Assembly (NCBI GenBank): GCA_963803975.1
Contig: CAWDOY010000021.1
Location: 1-42,347 of the forward strand
Direction of reading: 5' to 3'
Origin: an uncultured delta proteobacterium
GTDB taxonomy: Bacteria; Desulfobacterota; WTBG01; CAIYCZ01
Length of the DNA stretch: 42,347 bases
In this document: positions 27,425 to 38,530 of the stretch, piece by piece
Position numbering within the stretch: the first letter of the stretch is position 1
Layout: each line of letters opens with the position of its first letter
Translations under genes and position numbers: made by a program
Notes under the pieces: generated by a model
Databases searched by the model: none
The model's input: the letters and a program-made list of their open reading frames with translations, nothing else
What the model was told of the DNA's origin: nothing

Positions 27425-27460
27425 CCTGATTTTCCATTACGCCAGTCATTGGCACGGCAC

Positions 27461-27979
27461 TTATTTCTTAAGGCATACCCGGCAGGTTTCACCGGGAAAG
27501 ACCTCAATCTCTATCCCGACTTTGGCGGCAAATGCTTTCCACAGCGGGATGCACCACTTATGATGAACATCTTCCCAGGTTATGCTGAAGGTTCCCAGCG
27601 ACCCTACTATTTCAAGCATTTCCTTGTAGGGGCACTGCAGCAGGCGCTCACCCGGCCGCACTTCGATCTTTTCAAACTGCTGATAGTGGCAGGAGTTTGC
27701 CTCAAAAATTCCCCACAGGCCCTTTTCCGGCCCCTGCTCCTGCACCCAGCCGCCGATCATCTCAAGAATCGGCCCCAGGATGTAGGCTTCATGCTCCACC
27801 TTTTCTTTCCAGAGATTATGCTTTACCGCAAAATCAAGGCCCTGGAGATGGGCTTTCAGGAGCGCATCGTTAAATTTGTGCGGATAGGGCATGACATCGG
27901 TGTAGGTTTGAAAAAGCATCCGTACCGCTGGCGCCACATTTGCTGCCTGTTCGTCAAAATTAAATTCAATACCCGGCAT
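27461..27979 (-). CDS. Hypothetical protein with CPY...WC...C pattern (possibly V4R/ATC-hydrolase-like metal-binding fold)
   Basis: GAGGAGG RBS; the spaced Cys pattern is the only basis for the fold guess. Confidence 0.6.
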   Translation of the reverse strand: MPGIEFNFDEQAANVAPAVRMLFQTYTDVMPYPHKFNDALLKAHLQGLDFAVKHNLWKEKVEHEAYILGPILEMIGGWVQEQGPEKGLWGIFEANSCHYQQFEKIEVRPGERLLQCPYKEMLEIVGSLGTFSITWEDVHHKWCIPLWKAFAAKVGIEIEVFPGETCRVCLKK

Positions 27980-28065
27980 ACAATCCTCCTCATAGCTATG
28001 GTTTACACAGGGGTGCCGGCTGCCGGCACCCGGTTAATGATCTTGAGCAGGAGCCACAGACCCTG

Positions 28066-29071
28066 CTATACATGCAATTGTTCTTTTATCGCGGCAATGT
28101 TCTCAACGCCCTCGGACAGGAGCTTAAGCGTCGCAGCGGAGAGCCCCGGAGAGTGAATCTGGATGCCCCGCCTGATAGTCGGGTGATCCCAGACATCAAT
28201 GGCTGTTAATGCCGGTGTTGTACCTATGACTTTCAACAGGGCCAGGCCCACGGCATCAGCCGCCGCAAGATTTGTACTTGCTATCATGATGCCCGGCTCG
28301 ATAAGGTCTCCTGAATCAGGCCCGCCGCTGTTAAAACCCTGGCGCGCGTCAAGAAGTGACAGCCGCACGTTAGCTATACCGAGGCTGATCTCGGCAATGC
28401 TCTCAAGAAACTGCAGGGAACGGTGCATTGCGTTCCGGTCGTCCTGGGGCAGCGCGCCGACAAAAATCTTCATCCCCATGGTGAACCCGGCCATCTGATG
28501 AGTCCGCAGGGTGGGAAGCGCTATGATGTGGTCGACTTCGTTGAAAATCTTCGGCATGGAAAAGCCATCGGGCCAGTGGGTTGCCTTTTCCGGCTGTACG
28601 GCAATCATGTCTTCATCTTCAAAAGTTACCATACGGGCGCCGGCACTGACTGCCGCGTCATGAATTCCTGTTTCCTTCATGCAGTTCAGGGTGTCCTGCC
28701 AGCTTGGTGATTTATCTCCCACCAGAACCTCTCCAGCTCCCCGCTCTTTAAGCAAAGAAGTCAAAACACTTACCACAAAAGGGCTGGTAGTCGCCGGGAA
28801 GGGGCTTGAGGAATTGAGGGCGAGTTTAAGCAGCACACTGTCGCCGGGCTTCAGAAAGGAAAGTCCGTCAATCAAGCTGAATGGCCCGCTTCAGCGCGTA
28901 TGCATCATCAGAGTTTTTTACCAGCGCTACCGAACCGGGTGTCTTCACGCCTGCATCTTCGCATCCGGGCAGAAGCGGAACGCTGAGCAGCAGGGAGGAG
29001 TATCCCAGAAGCTTTAAAAAATCACGCCGGTCAATGGCATCAGGAACTGCAGCTTGTTTTTTCTTTTTCAT
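28066..29071 (-). CDS. DUF362-domain protein with Tat/lipoprotein signal (frameshift at ~28875)
   Basis: DRRDFLKLLG...LLPGC signal; GDSVLLK...ATTSP...LPTLRTH..AGFTMGMK...ADAVG. Confidence 0.8.
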
Positions 29072-29259
29072 GTGCGGGATGGCAGTTGAATGTATTGTTA
29101 TATATATAGAACATATTTCATTTTTTGCAACATGGTTCGTGATGGCATGGAGCTTTTTAATTGACAATGACAGGCCTTTTTCTTATGGTGAATTTATATA
29201 GGAGCTCTATATAAAACCACAGAGATCATTCAGCGAAGTTCGGGATTCGGGGCTTGCTT

Positions 29260-29356
29260 GTCCGCCGTAGCTTTAGGCGTAGGCGGGTGATGAGCGAAAA
29301 GTGGAAGGTAAAAGGTGAAATTCCGATTTACCGATTCACCCATTCACCGACTCACC
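29260..29356. repeat. REP-like palindrome plus degenerate octamer tandem repeat
   Basis: CCGCCGTAGCTTTAGGCGTAGGCGG, then CCGATTTA-CCGATTCA-CCCATTCA-CCGACTCA (29323-29354). Confidence 0.55.
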
Positions 29357-29400
29357 TTTTCGCCTCTGTGCATTTTGCCGTTATTTTCCCCGGAGGAATT

Positions 29401-29883
29401 ATGTCACACAATAAATTGTCTGCTGTTTTCGCACTGCTCTGTATGGCCGCCGGTACCAGTGCCTGTATCATGGCGCAATCACCGGCACTGCCGCAGAGCA
29501 GCGCACAGAAAAGCAACCTCACCGCCGGCATGGTTAAAAAGTATGTCAAGGTGGGAAAAGCAACCCAGGCAGACTTACTTTCCGTATTCGGTGCCCCGAA
29601 CATTATCACCCGGGACCGGGACGGCAATGAAGTCTGGACCTATGACCGGCAGAGCATGGCAAGCGTTTCAGAGATTGCTGCATGGAATGCCGGCGGCAGC
29701 GTGACTGCCGCAGGTGCAGGGCTCGCCGGGAGCACGCCGGTCGGCGGGGTTGCCTCAGGAGGCGGCTCGGCAGGGAAAAGCAGCAATACCGGTCAGGTGA
29801 GCAGCGCAACCTTTACCCTCATGTTAACCTTTGGCGCTAATGATGTGGTCAAGGATTATCGCATGATGGCCACCCAGTTTTAG
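29401..29883 (+). CDS. Lipoprotein with SmpA/BamE-like motif
   Basis: GGAGG RBS; TSAC lipobox-like; VKVGKATQADLLSVFGAPN...EVWTYD...LTF...VVKDY. Confidence 0.7.
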   Translation: MSHNKLSAVFALLCMAAGTSACIMAQSPALPQSSAQKSNLTAGMVKKYVKVGKATQADLLSVFGAPNIITRDRDGNEVWTYDRQSMASVSEIAAWNAGGSVTAAGAGLAGSTPVGGVASGGGSAGKSSNTGQVSSATFTLMLTFGANDVVKDYRMMATQF

Positions 29884-29895
29884 CGTGGGACTAGA

Positions 29896-30525
29896 GTGAT
29901 ACAGCAACCATCCTATTGGCTCTTGAGCATAGTGTTCTCTGCAGTGCTCCTGCTGAACGGCTGTTTTGTAGGCAGCACCGGCAGGCTGGCACCTCCTCCA
30001 CCCCTGTCGTCGCAGCAGCGCGCAGCCATGCAGACCAGGGAGCTGAGCGGTGATTTCGCTACTGCTTTTTCTGCAACCCTTTCAGTTCTCCAGGATGAAG
30101 GCTGGCAGATTGATGTGGTGGACAAGGAGAGCGGTATTATCCAGGCAAGCTCACTCAAGCGCCAGGACAGCATCGGCCCTGCTGAAGACTGGTATGCAGA
30201 GCAGGACGCAGCCTATCGCGACAACCTTATAAAAAAAGTCCGGAAAGCTGAAACAGCGCTCCCGGAGTGGACCCGGTGGGAACGGCTTACCGCCCATATC
30301 GAGCCGTGGGGCAAAAAGACCGTGCGCCACCGGATCACCATAACCAAATGCGGCTCTCTGACCCCCAGCACGTACAGCTTTTCAGGCAAGAAGGGGACAC
30401 AGAAAATTTCCACCACCGGAGGCAAAGAACAGTCGCTGGTGATAGAAAACCCCGCAACCTACCAGTATCTCTTTCAACAGATTCAGCGTGCTATTTTTGT
30501 CCGCGAAGGCCTGGGCAGGCGGTGA
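29896..30525 (+). CDS. Hypothetical lipoprotein
   Basis: LNGC lipobox; MQTREL...F.A..SVLQD.G..I...DKESGII.A. Confidence 0.7.
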   Translation: MIQQPSYWLLSIVFSAVLLLNGCFVGSTGRLAPPPPLSSQQRAAMQTRELSGDFATAFSATLSVLQDEGWQIDVVDKESGIIQASSLKRQDSIGPAEDWYAEQDAAYRDNLIKKVRKAETALPEWTRWERLTAHIEPWGKKTVRHRITITKCGSLTPSTYSFSGKKGTQKISTTGGKEQSLVIENPATYQYLFQQIQRAIFVREGLGRR

Positions 30526-30552
30526 GCAGTGCTATCAATCAGGGAAGGTTTT

Positions 30553-31068
30553 TCAGGCTAAATGCCACGTCCGCAGCCAGCGGTATACGTCACTGACCCC
30601 GCTTACATTGAGGTTATCCTGCCGTACCAGTTCTCTCACCGATGTCAGACACCTGTCGCTCCTGCTGCGGTAGAGGTATTCCAGGACTGAAAAGGCCCGG
30701 GCAAATGGCTGACGCAGAGTAATGGCAATATGGTACAGATCCGTGGCCATGTGCAATGCCATGCCGGCGATTACATAAACCAGGGGCGGGAACAGAATTG
30801 ACAGGCAGAGCAGGAGGATAAAAAATTCAATGGTGTGGAAGGCACTGAGGACGAGATAGTTCTTATCCAGGTTTTTCTCTATAAGATGGCTGTACGCGAA
30901 TACCCCGCGCACATCATATGACCCGGTGTCCCGGACATACTCGATAACATGATCTACATCGATGAATACATTTGCCAGGCCTACGGTGAGTGCCTGGTCC
31001 CCGATGAACGGGTACAGGGCCGCGGTTATCGCGACGCCCTGCAGTGCATGAACTTTCAGACTGCTCAT
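30553..31068 (-). CDS. Membrane protein, metal-dependent hydrolase-like
   Basis: H...IDVDH...FHTIE...LHMATD motifs within TM segments. Confidence 0.65.
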   Translation of the reverse strand: MSSLKVHALQGVAITAALYPFIGDQALTVGLANVFIDVDHVIEYVRDTGSYDVRGVFAYSHLIEKNLDKNYLVLSAFHTIEFFILLLCLSILFPPLVYVIAGMALHMATDLYHIAITLRQPFARAFSVLEYLYRSRSDRCLTSVRELVRQDNLNVSGVSDVYRWLRTWHLA

Positions 31069-31204
31069 ATTGTGTTTACCTGCCTTTTACGCGAGCTGAT
31101 GATTTCCCGCTGGCACTATCAGGTTGTTTAAAAAATAGTTTCCAGGCTATATGTATCGTCAGCAGAGAGTATAACTTCACCGCTATTATGTACTGTAAAC
31201 AGCT

Positions 31205-31633
31205 CTATTTGCAGTCGCCGATACGTTTGCCGCTCATGCGCTGGGTCATCTGCATCTTTCCACCCTCCGGATCATTGAGCGTCATCTTTATGGTGCCCTG
31301 CATGGTATCGCTGCTGTAGGTAACCGTGCCGCTGCCGTCAATGGTCGCCCCCTGCTCATCGCAGCGCATTGTCCAGGTAACCGTGTTACCCTCTGCTTTC
31401 ATGTTTTTAATGGTGCAACCCTTGACGGTATCCGGGTTCTTCGGGACCGCGTCTTTGCTGGTGAGGCATTGAGCATATTTCATGGGCACCGCACCCCCTG
31501 CGGGCATTCCCTCCATTTCCATGGTGCTGGTAATTTCCCAATTCCCCTCATGTATATTCGGGCCCGCGCCGGCGTATGAGAGTGAAACACCGGCTATTAG
31601 AATTAACACTGCTGATGAAAGTTTCTTGAACAT
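31205..31633 (-). CDS. DUF3617-family exported protein
   Basis: Signal peptide; GNWEIT...QCLT...C...GNTVTWTMRC...GKRIGDC. Confidence 0.85.
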   Translation of the reverse strand: MFKKLSSAVLILIAGVSLSYAGAGPNIHEGNWEITSTMEMEGMPAGGAVPMKYAQCLTSKDAVPKNPDTVKGCTIKNMKAEGNTVTWTMRCDEQGATIDGSGTVTYSSDTMQGTIKMTLNDPEGGKMQMTQRMSGKRIGDCK

Positions 31634-31774
31634 ACTGCTGACTCCTTTCTCTTCTTCAATATAATAATTTACAGTTTCCGGATAATACTATAGTTTAGAA
31701 TATATCCCTGATTCAGGCAAATAAAATATAGCAGCTCTACAGCATGCTCAGTGAAAAAGCTTCATCCTCCAGCA

Positions 31775-32421
31775 ATGACAATCTTTACGCTCGGCCATTC
31801 AACCCACAGCCTTGATGAATTTGTTCATCTGCTGCAGATATATGCCATCCGGCTTGTTGTGGATGTACGAACCATTCCCCGTTCACGGCACAACCCGCAG
31901 TTCAATCATGAAACACTTGGTGAGAGACGCTCCCCCGCCATGGCATCAGGTACCTGCAGATGAAAACTCTCGGCGGATTGCGCCACGCACGTGCTGATTC
32001 ACCAAACACCGGATGGAAAAATGCTTCGTTTCAGGGCTTTGCTGACTATATGCAGACTCCGGAATTTTCCGCGGCTGTGCAGCAGCTCATAGAAGCTGCT
32101 ATTGAAAAACCCGCGGCCATCATGTGCGCGGAAGCTGTTCCCTGGCGCTGCCACCGGTCGCTGATCGCTGATGCTCTGACCGTGAGAGGCATTACCGTGC
32201 AGCACATTTTGAGCCGCACCAGCGCCAGGGTCCATACCGTAACCCCCATGGCCAGGGTTGAGGGCACACGCATTACCTATCCGCGACAGCCAGACGCTTT
32301 TGTAATAGAAGAAGGCAAAAGGCAATCAGCCGCCGCTAAGGCTATGGCTGACAAGCAGGCAATAGGCACAAAGACAAGCAAACAAGCTGTAACTGATTGC
32401 AGTTCGACTCAAAGCTCATAG
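31775..32421 (+). CDS. DUF488-family protein (+2 frameshift at ~31925)
   Basis: IFTLGHST...VDVRTIPRSRHNPQFN + LGGLR...FADYM...MCAEAVPWRCHRSLIADAL. Confidence 0.85.
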
Positions 32422-32492
32422 CTCAGCACTCGTTACCATTACTCCGAACTCTAAGCGCTGATAGCTTTTTATTTTTACTGAGAGGAGATACT

Positions 32493-33152
32493 ATGGACAT
32501 GCTAACACTTATAAAAGAGAGAAAAAGTATCCGCCACTTTTTACCGGAAATCCCTTCCCGCGCAATAATTCTTGAATGTCTTGAAGCTGCCTCCTGGGCG
32601 CCCAATCCCACCAGCCAGCAGCCCTGGCAATTTATTGTCCTCACCAATGACGCGCTTAAAACCGTGTGCCGGGTAATTGAAGACAACTTTACCGAGGCTG
32701 CGGCAAAAATGGCAGGCCATACTGCACCTGCGGTCAGCGACAGCGTGGCATCAACTTTAAAAGAGCGCAAAGACCGTTCATTTGGTGAAATGCTTTCGTT
32801 TCTCAAGGAAAAAAATGTGGACCTGAAGGCTATAGGAAGGGGCAACTTTATATTTCACAATGCGCCCATGGGGATACTCTTTGCTACCTATCCCTGCAAG
32901 GACCAGAACTTTCTTAAGTCAACAATTGCAGCCATGCAGACTTTTTTGCTGGCCGCAACCGCCCGGGGGCTGGGCACCTGCTGGATGAATGCGGTCTCCA
33001 TCTGCCAGGAATATATCAAAGAAGCACTGAACCTTGAACCAGAGCTTATTCTGGTGGACGGCGTTGCCGTGGGCTATCCGGTTGCAGATTCTCCGCTCAA
33101 CCAGATTCCCCGGCACCGTCTGCCGGTGGAGGAGGTAACGGTTTTCCTGTAA
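32493..33152 (+). CDS. Nitroreductase family protein
   Basis: RKSIRHF, AASWAPNPTSQQPWQF, LAATARGLGTCW, VGYP; GAGGAG RBS. Confidence 0.92.
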   Translation: MDMLTLIKERKSIRHFLPEIPSRAIILECLEAASWAPNPTSQQPWQFIVLTNDALKTVCRVIEDNFTEAAAKMAGHTAPAVSDSVASTLKERKDRSFGEMLSFLKEKNVDLKAIGRGNFIFHNAPMGILFATYPCKDQNFLKSTIAAMQTFLLAATARGLGTCWMNAVSICQEYIKEALNLEPELILVDGVAVGYPVADSPLNQIPRHRLPVEEVTVFL

Positions 33153-33178
33153 CAAGGGGGCACCATAAAAAAATAAAA

Positions 33179-33305
33179 TGGATTCCGGGCAGGCTGGAAT
33201 GACCCTTGTTTTTATACTAAGTCCTACGATTCATAAATTCGGTGACGAATTTACTCACTCAGGACTTAGTGCGGCAGGCTCACCGCCCTGAGCTTATCGA
33301 AGGGC
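33179..33305. repeat. Cluster of three short intergenic palindromic elements
   Basis: TGGATTCC...GGAATGAC (33179-33203); ACTAAGTCCT...AGGACTTAGT hairpin (33216-33270); CCCTGAGCTTATCGAAGGG (33286-33304). Confidence 0.6.
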
Positions 33306-33408
33306 TGAGTAAGCATTGTAAAGCTTTTATTTGGATCACATATGTCACTGTATTTGCGAATCGAAGCACTAAGCATATAATTTTTATTTGAAAGAAAGAC
33401 AACCAACC

Positions 33409-33711
33409 ATGGCAAAAAAAGACAAGATTCCTGAAAAGTATCGCGTGTGGATTGATGCCAGAAAAAAACACAAATTGTCTCATGCCCATATTCAGATGGC
33501 ACGGGAGCTTGGTATGAACCCAAAAAAATTCGGAAGTCTTGATAACCATAAGCAGGAACCATGGAAAGCTCCTTTGCCTGAGTTTATCAAAGACCTCTAT
33601 TTCAAGCGATTCGGCAAACCGGCACCGGATAATGTGCGGCCGATTGAACAGATGGTGCATGAAAAAAAGATGAAAAAAGAGGAGAAAAATAAAAATAAGA
33701 TCAAGGCCTAA
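33409..33711 (+). CDS. Conserved hypothetical basic protein
   Basis: WIDARKKHKLSHAHIQMARELGMNPKKFGSLDNHKQEPWK.PL.EFI; protein-like composition. Confidence 0.7.
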   Translation: MAKKDKIPEKYRVWIDARKKHKLSHAHIQMARELGMNPKKFGSLDNHKQEPWKAPLPEFIKDLYFKRFGKPAPDNVRPIEQMVHEKKMKKEEKNKNKIKA

Positions 33712-33783
33712 AAGGGGAACAGATTTATTTCTTGCTCTTGATGAGGTGAATAGAAATGGCCTTACTATAACTGAAGGCACTGA

Positions 33784-34774
33784 TTAGCTATTTAAGTACA
33801 TCTTTATATACGCCTTATTCTTAATATCCTCCATCCATTTCTGATAGAGCGTGTCAACTTGCTGCCGGTAGAGGCTGTCCTCAATTTCTTCGCGGTTTTT
33901 AGACATTGCCTTTTCCTCGCCCATATTCTGCTTCTCTAACACCTTGATAACATGTATGCCCACCGGAGTCCTGATAACCGAACTTACATCCCCCGCCTGC
34001 ATGTTGAATGCGGCATTCTCTATGAGCGGCATGCAGCTCGCCCCGGTTGAAGTATCCCATGTCGCCGCCTTCTTTTGCTGAGGCATCCTGGGAGTATTTG
34101 ACCGCCATCTGGCCAAAATCTTCCCCGGCCACTATCTTTGCCCGCAGCTCCTCCAGCTGCCTGGTCAGATTTTCCGCCTGCTTTGGCGTGGTTTCCGCAG
34201 AGATGGCAAAAAATATCTGCTGGATTCTCACCCGCTCTCCGGGCCTGTTCGTGTCGCTGGCACTTTTGCCGTAGTATTCCTGTATATCCTTTTCCGTTAT
34301 GGTGACCTTTGAGCGGACTTCCCGGGCTACTACTTTTGACAGGGTAATTTCAGACTTGAGCATCTTCTGGTATTCTGCAAAGCTGCTGCCGTCTTTTTTC
34401 AGGATATCCTTGAGCTGCTCAAGGGTGATATTATTTCTCTTTAAAACGTCGTCAATTGACCTGGTTATCTCCTTATCTGTTACCTTGATGTCAAGTTCTT
34501 TTGCTTTCTGCTCAATGAGCTTTTTTTCAATCAGCTGATCAATCGCTTTTTTCACCAGCTCCGCGCGTTCTTCATCGGTCAATACCTGCCCCTTCTGCTG
34601 GCTGTAACTTGCCAGCATGGGCGCAACTACTTTGTTAATGTCAGAGAGCGTTATCACGTCATTATTAACGACCGCGATAATTCTATCGATGAGCTCATCG
34701 GCGGTTGCAGCCGGCACGAAAGCCAGACCGGTCAGCAATGCTGACAGTAAAAGCAGCTTAAAGGTACGGGTCAT
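33784..34774 (-). CDS. surA: SurA-like periplasmic chaperone/PpiC rotamase (frameshift at ~34033)
   Basis: IDRIIAVVNNDVITLSD, GEDFGQMAVKYSQD...GGDMG, VSSVIRTPVGIHVIKV; located downstream of mfd. Confidence 0.8.
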
Positions 34775-34971
34775 AGTCCTGGTGTGGCGTTATTTCCATA
34801 GGGTTACATGGTTGGAATAACTGATTCTGCTTCGTTGCATGACGTTCGTAGAAAGTACGGAACGTAGCCAATTTGTCATTTCGCGCGATTGCTCTGCAAT
34901 CTTGACAACTGCGGAAATTAACTTTTTACGATGTTTGTCCAATTTAGTTTATTTAATCACAGAATGCCTCT

Positions 34972-37900
34972 CTATTTCAAGATGTTTTTAATTTCAGAGA
35001 AAATCTGTTCCCCGGTCTCTCCCTGATAGCGGGCAAAAAGTTTCGAGTCCAGGGGTGAAGCGGAATCTCTTTTGGTCCCGTGACACCAGCGATAAAATCT
35101 TGTCCAGAGACCCCTCTGCCTCCCGGTGAAAGGTGAAAATAATCTGCCCGGCCCCATATTCAACCGAGGTAATCAGGTAGCGCCGCAGCAGGCTTTTGAT
35201 GCGGGTCATCTCCAGCAGGTTTTCAACCGTCCGGGGAAGCGCGCCGAACCGGTCAATGAGCTCCCGCTCCAGGTCTGCAATCTCATCCTCGCTGGGTACC
35301 AGTGAAAGCCGCTTGTATAGCACCAGGCGCTGGTTGATATCTCCGATATAGTCTTCCGGTATATAGGCCGGTACCGGCAGGTTGACGGTCGGTTCAATCT
35401 TGGGCGGAAGCTTCTCGCCCTTTAATTCATGGATCGCCTCATCCAGCAGCTGCAGGTACATATCCAGTCCCACGGCAGCAATCTGCCCTGACTGGGCATG
35501 GCCGAGGATGTTTCCTGCCCCGCGTATCTGCAGGTCGCGCGTTGCGAGGCGGTACCCCGAGCCCAGTTCGGTAAATTCGGCAATCGCCTCAAGGCGCCTG
35601 GCTGCATCCTGGCTGACCGCTGTTTCTCCGGGGATAAGCAGGTAGGCATAGGCCCGGAGTTTTCCTCTGCCGACCCGGCCCCTGAGCTGATACATCTGCG
35701 CCAGGCCCAGCTTGTCTGCCCGGTTGATGATGATGGTATTTGCTGCCGGGAAGTCAAGCCCTGATTCAATAATAGTGGTGCAGAGCAGCAGGTCCACCTC
35801 TTTCCTGATGAACTGTATCATCGCTTCTTCCAGCTCCTTTGCGCTCATCTGGCCGTGGGCAATGCCCAGCCGCGCCTCCGGAACAAGCTTCTTTAAAAAG
35901 AGCGCCATGGCGGGAATGGAGCGCACCCGGTCATGGACAAAAAATATCTGGCCCCCGCGCCGCAGCTCCTGGACCAGGGCCTCACGTATTACGGTCTCAT
36001 CAAACCGGGTAACCACCGTCCTGATGGAAAGCCGGTCCTGGGGCGGCGTGTTGATGACGGAAAAGTCCCGGATCCCGAGCAGCGAGAACTGCAGGGTGCG
36101 GGGAATGGGGGTGGCGGTAAGGGTGAGAACGTCAACCGTCCTGCGCATTTTTTTCAGCACCTCTTTAGCCTTGACCCCGAAGCGGTGCTCCTCATCAATC
36201 ACCACTATGCCCAGGTTATTGAAGACCACATCTTTCTGCAGGAGGCGGTGGGTGCCGATAACAATATCGACCGTGCCGGAGGCCAGCCCTTCGATAATCT
36301 TTTTCTGATCCCTGCCGCTGCGGAAACGGCTTAAGATATCAACCGTGACCGGGTACGCGGAGAAGCGCTCGGTAAAGGTCAGATAGTGCTGCTGGGCAAG
36401 GACCGTCGTGGGCACCAGCACGGCGACCTGCGCGCCGTCCATAGCCGCCCTGAATGCCGCGCGCAGGGCAACCTCGGTTTTGCCATAGCCGACATCACCG
36501 CATACCAGCCGGTCCATGGGCTTTGCCTCTGACATATCCCGCATCACATCCTCTATGGCTGCAAGCTGGTCAGGGGTTTCTTCATAGGGAAAGGCTGCCT
36601 CAAATTCCCGGTAGTAATGGTCAACGGCAGCGAAGGGATGGCCCTCGTACACTTTCCGTGCGGAATAGAGCTCAAGCAGGTCTTTGGCCATTTTCTGGAT
36701 GGCATCCTTGACCTTCTTTTGCACGTTTTTCCAGGAATAGCCGCCCAGTTTATCCAGGCGCGGGAGGATCTCTTCCGCGCCTTCATATTTCTGGATGAGA
36801 TTGATACGGTCAACCGGCAGGTACAGCTTGTCGCCTCCCAGGTACTCAAGCGCCAGAAAGTCGCCGCGGATGCCCCCGGCTTCAAGGGTTATAAGCGCCC
36901 GGTACCGCCCGATGCCGTGTTCCCGGTGCACCACAAGATTTCCCTCCTTGAGATCGGTGAAGCTTGAAATCTCAATGCCTTCTTTGATCCGGGCCGCTGA
37001 GGAGCGCCGCCTTTTCTCTCCAAAAATTTCTTCCTCGGTAATGATAATAAGCTGACCCGGCTCGTAGCGGAAACCATGTGCCAGCTTGCCGATTTTCAGC
37101 TCAACCACGCCCGGCTGCATAGTGAAAAAATCATCCACACCCCGGACCGACGGAGAGATCCGGGCCTGAAAGCCATAATCATGAAACAGGTCACTGAGCC
37201 TCTGGCACTGTCCCGGCGTATGGCAGATGAGAAAAATCCTGTTACCCTCGTCGCGCCAGGCGCCCATTTTCTCCACCAGCGGGGAGAGCGCTCCCTGAGC
37301 TGAATCAAACCGTATCATATCCCGCCGGATATCAGCGTTTGACGCGCTGGAGCATATGACCTGCGCGGCGTGCGGCCGTGCCGCATCCAGGCTTTCGGCA
37401 ATGACCTGCTTGAGTCCGGCCTGGTGCTCCTTAAGCAGTTCTTCCGTTATAAAAAGCTCCTCGGGGGGTGATACCATGCGCCGCTCCTCAAGCGCTCTCA
37501 GGTAGTGGGTTGCAACGTCTTCGCGAAAGTCTTTCTGCGCTTCCGCAAGCGCTCCTGGTTCGTTCCACACGCACCAGGCCGCAGGCGAAAGATAGTGAAA
37601 CAGGGTTTCAAGTTCAGGATAGATGAGGGACAGGCCATATTCAATGCCGGCGGGGAAAAAGCCGCTCTGAATGCTTTCAGCAAACGCTTTCCCCCGGCCC
37701 TCCGCGAACATCTTTTTCCGGGGCGGCTCCAGCGCTTTATTACTGAAGGTGGTAATCGTCTCCCCGTTCAGAATTGCTTCTTTCACCGGCACCATGAGCG
37801 CCTCCTGGTATTCTGCACAGGAACGCTGGGTTACCTGATCAAAGGCCCTGATTGATTCAACCGTGTCGCCGAAGAAACTGATGCGCAGCGGCCGGGGATA

Positions 37901-38518
37901 GCCGGGGGGGAAAATGTCCATCACATCGCCGCGGATGCTCATATCACCCCGGTCTTCCACCAGGCTGACCCGTGTATAGCCGCATTCTATGAGGCCCCGG
38001 CTGAGCGGCTCCCGGTCCAGGTCGTCATTGACACGAATGCGCTGACACGCGCGCAATAAAATATTTCGCGGCAGCGTCTTTTGCAGCAGCCCTTCCATAC
38101 AGGTTATGACCAGTGCCGGCTTCTCTCTCCGGCAGAGCTGATACAAGGTCCACACGCGCTGCCCGCTCACGTCCGGATGCGTTGCAAGATGCTCATAGGG
38201 ATGTGTTTCCAGAGGTGGAAACACCAGGATATCCTGCGCGTCATAATTCCCGGCGTCAGCTTCCCGCCCCCTGAAAAATGCTATTTCATCATAGAGGTCA
38301 AGCGCTTCATCATGAGAGGAGGTAATGACGAGAAAGGTTTTTTGCAGCTCCTGAAACAGCAGGGACAGAAAAAACGCCGCAGCAGAGCCTTTAAGGCCGG
38401 AGAGGAAAATTTCCGGCTCACTGCTCTCGATAAGCTCCCGGAGCTTTTTCAGCTCATTGTTGTGGCTGAAAAATTCCGCGGCACGAGCCGGCATGGTGCT
38501 GAATGATTGCTGGGCCAT
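34972..38518 (-). CDS. mfd: Transcription-repair coupling factor (frameshift at ~35050 near the C-terminus)
   Basis: VVHREHGIGRY, ETPDQ, CGDVGYGKTEVA, DEEHRFG, TATPIPRTL, QLRGRVGR, DLQIRGAGNILG. Confidence 0.96.
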
Positions 38519-38530
38519 GAGCGCGGCAGG

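Noticed and set aside
33280..33780. 166-aa minus-strand ORF
   Set aside because: Antisense to the 33409-33711 gene and ends in a REP-like repeat.
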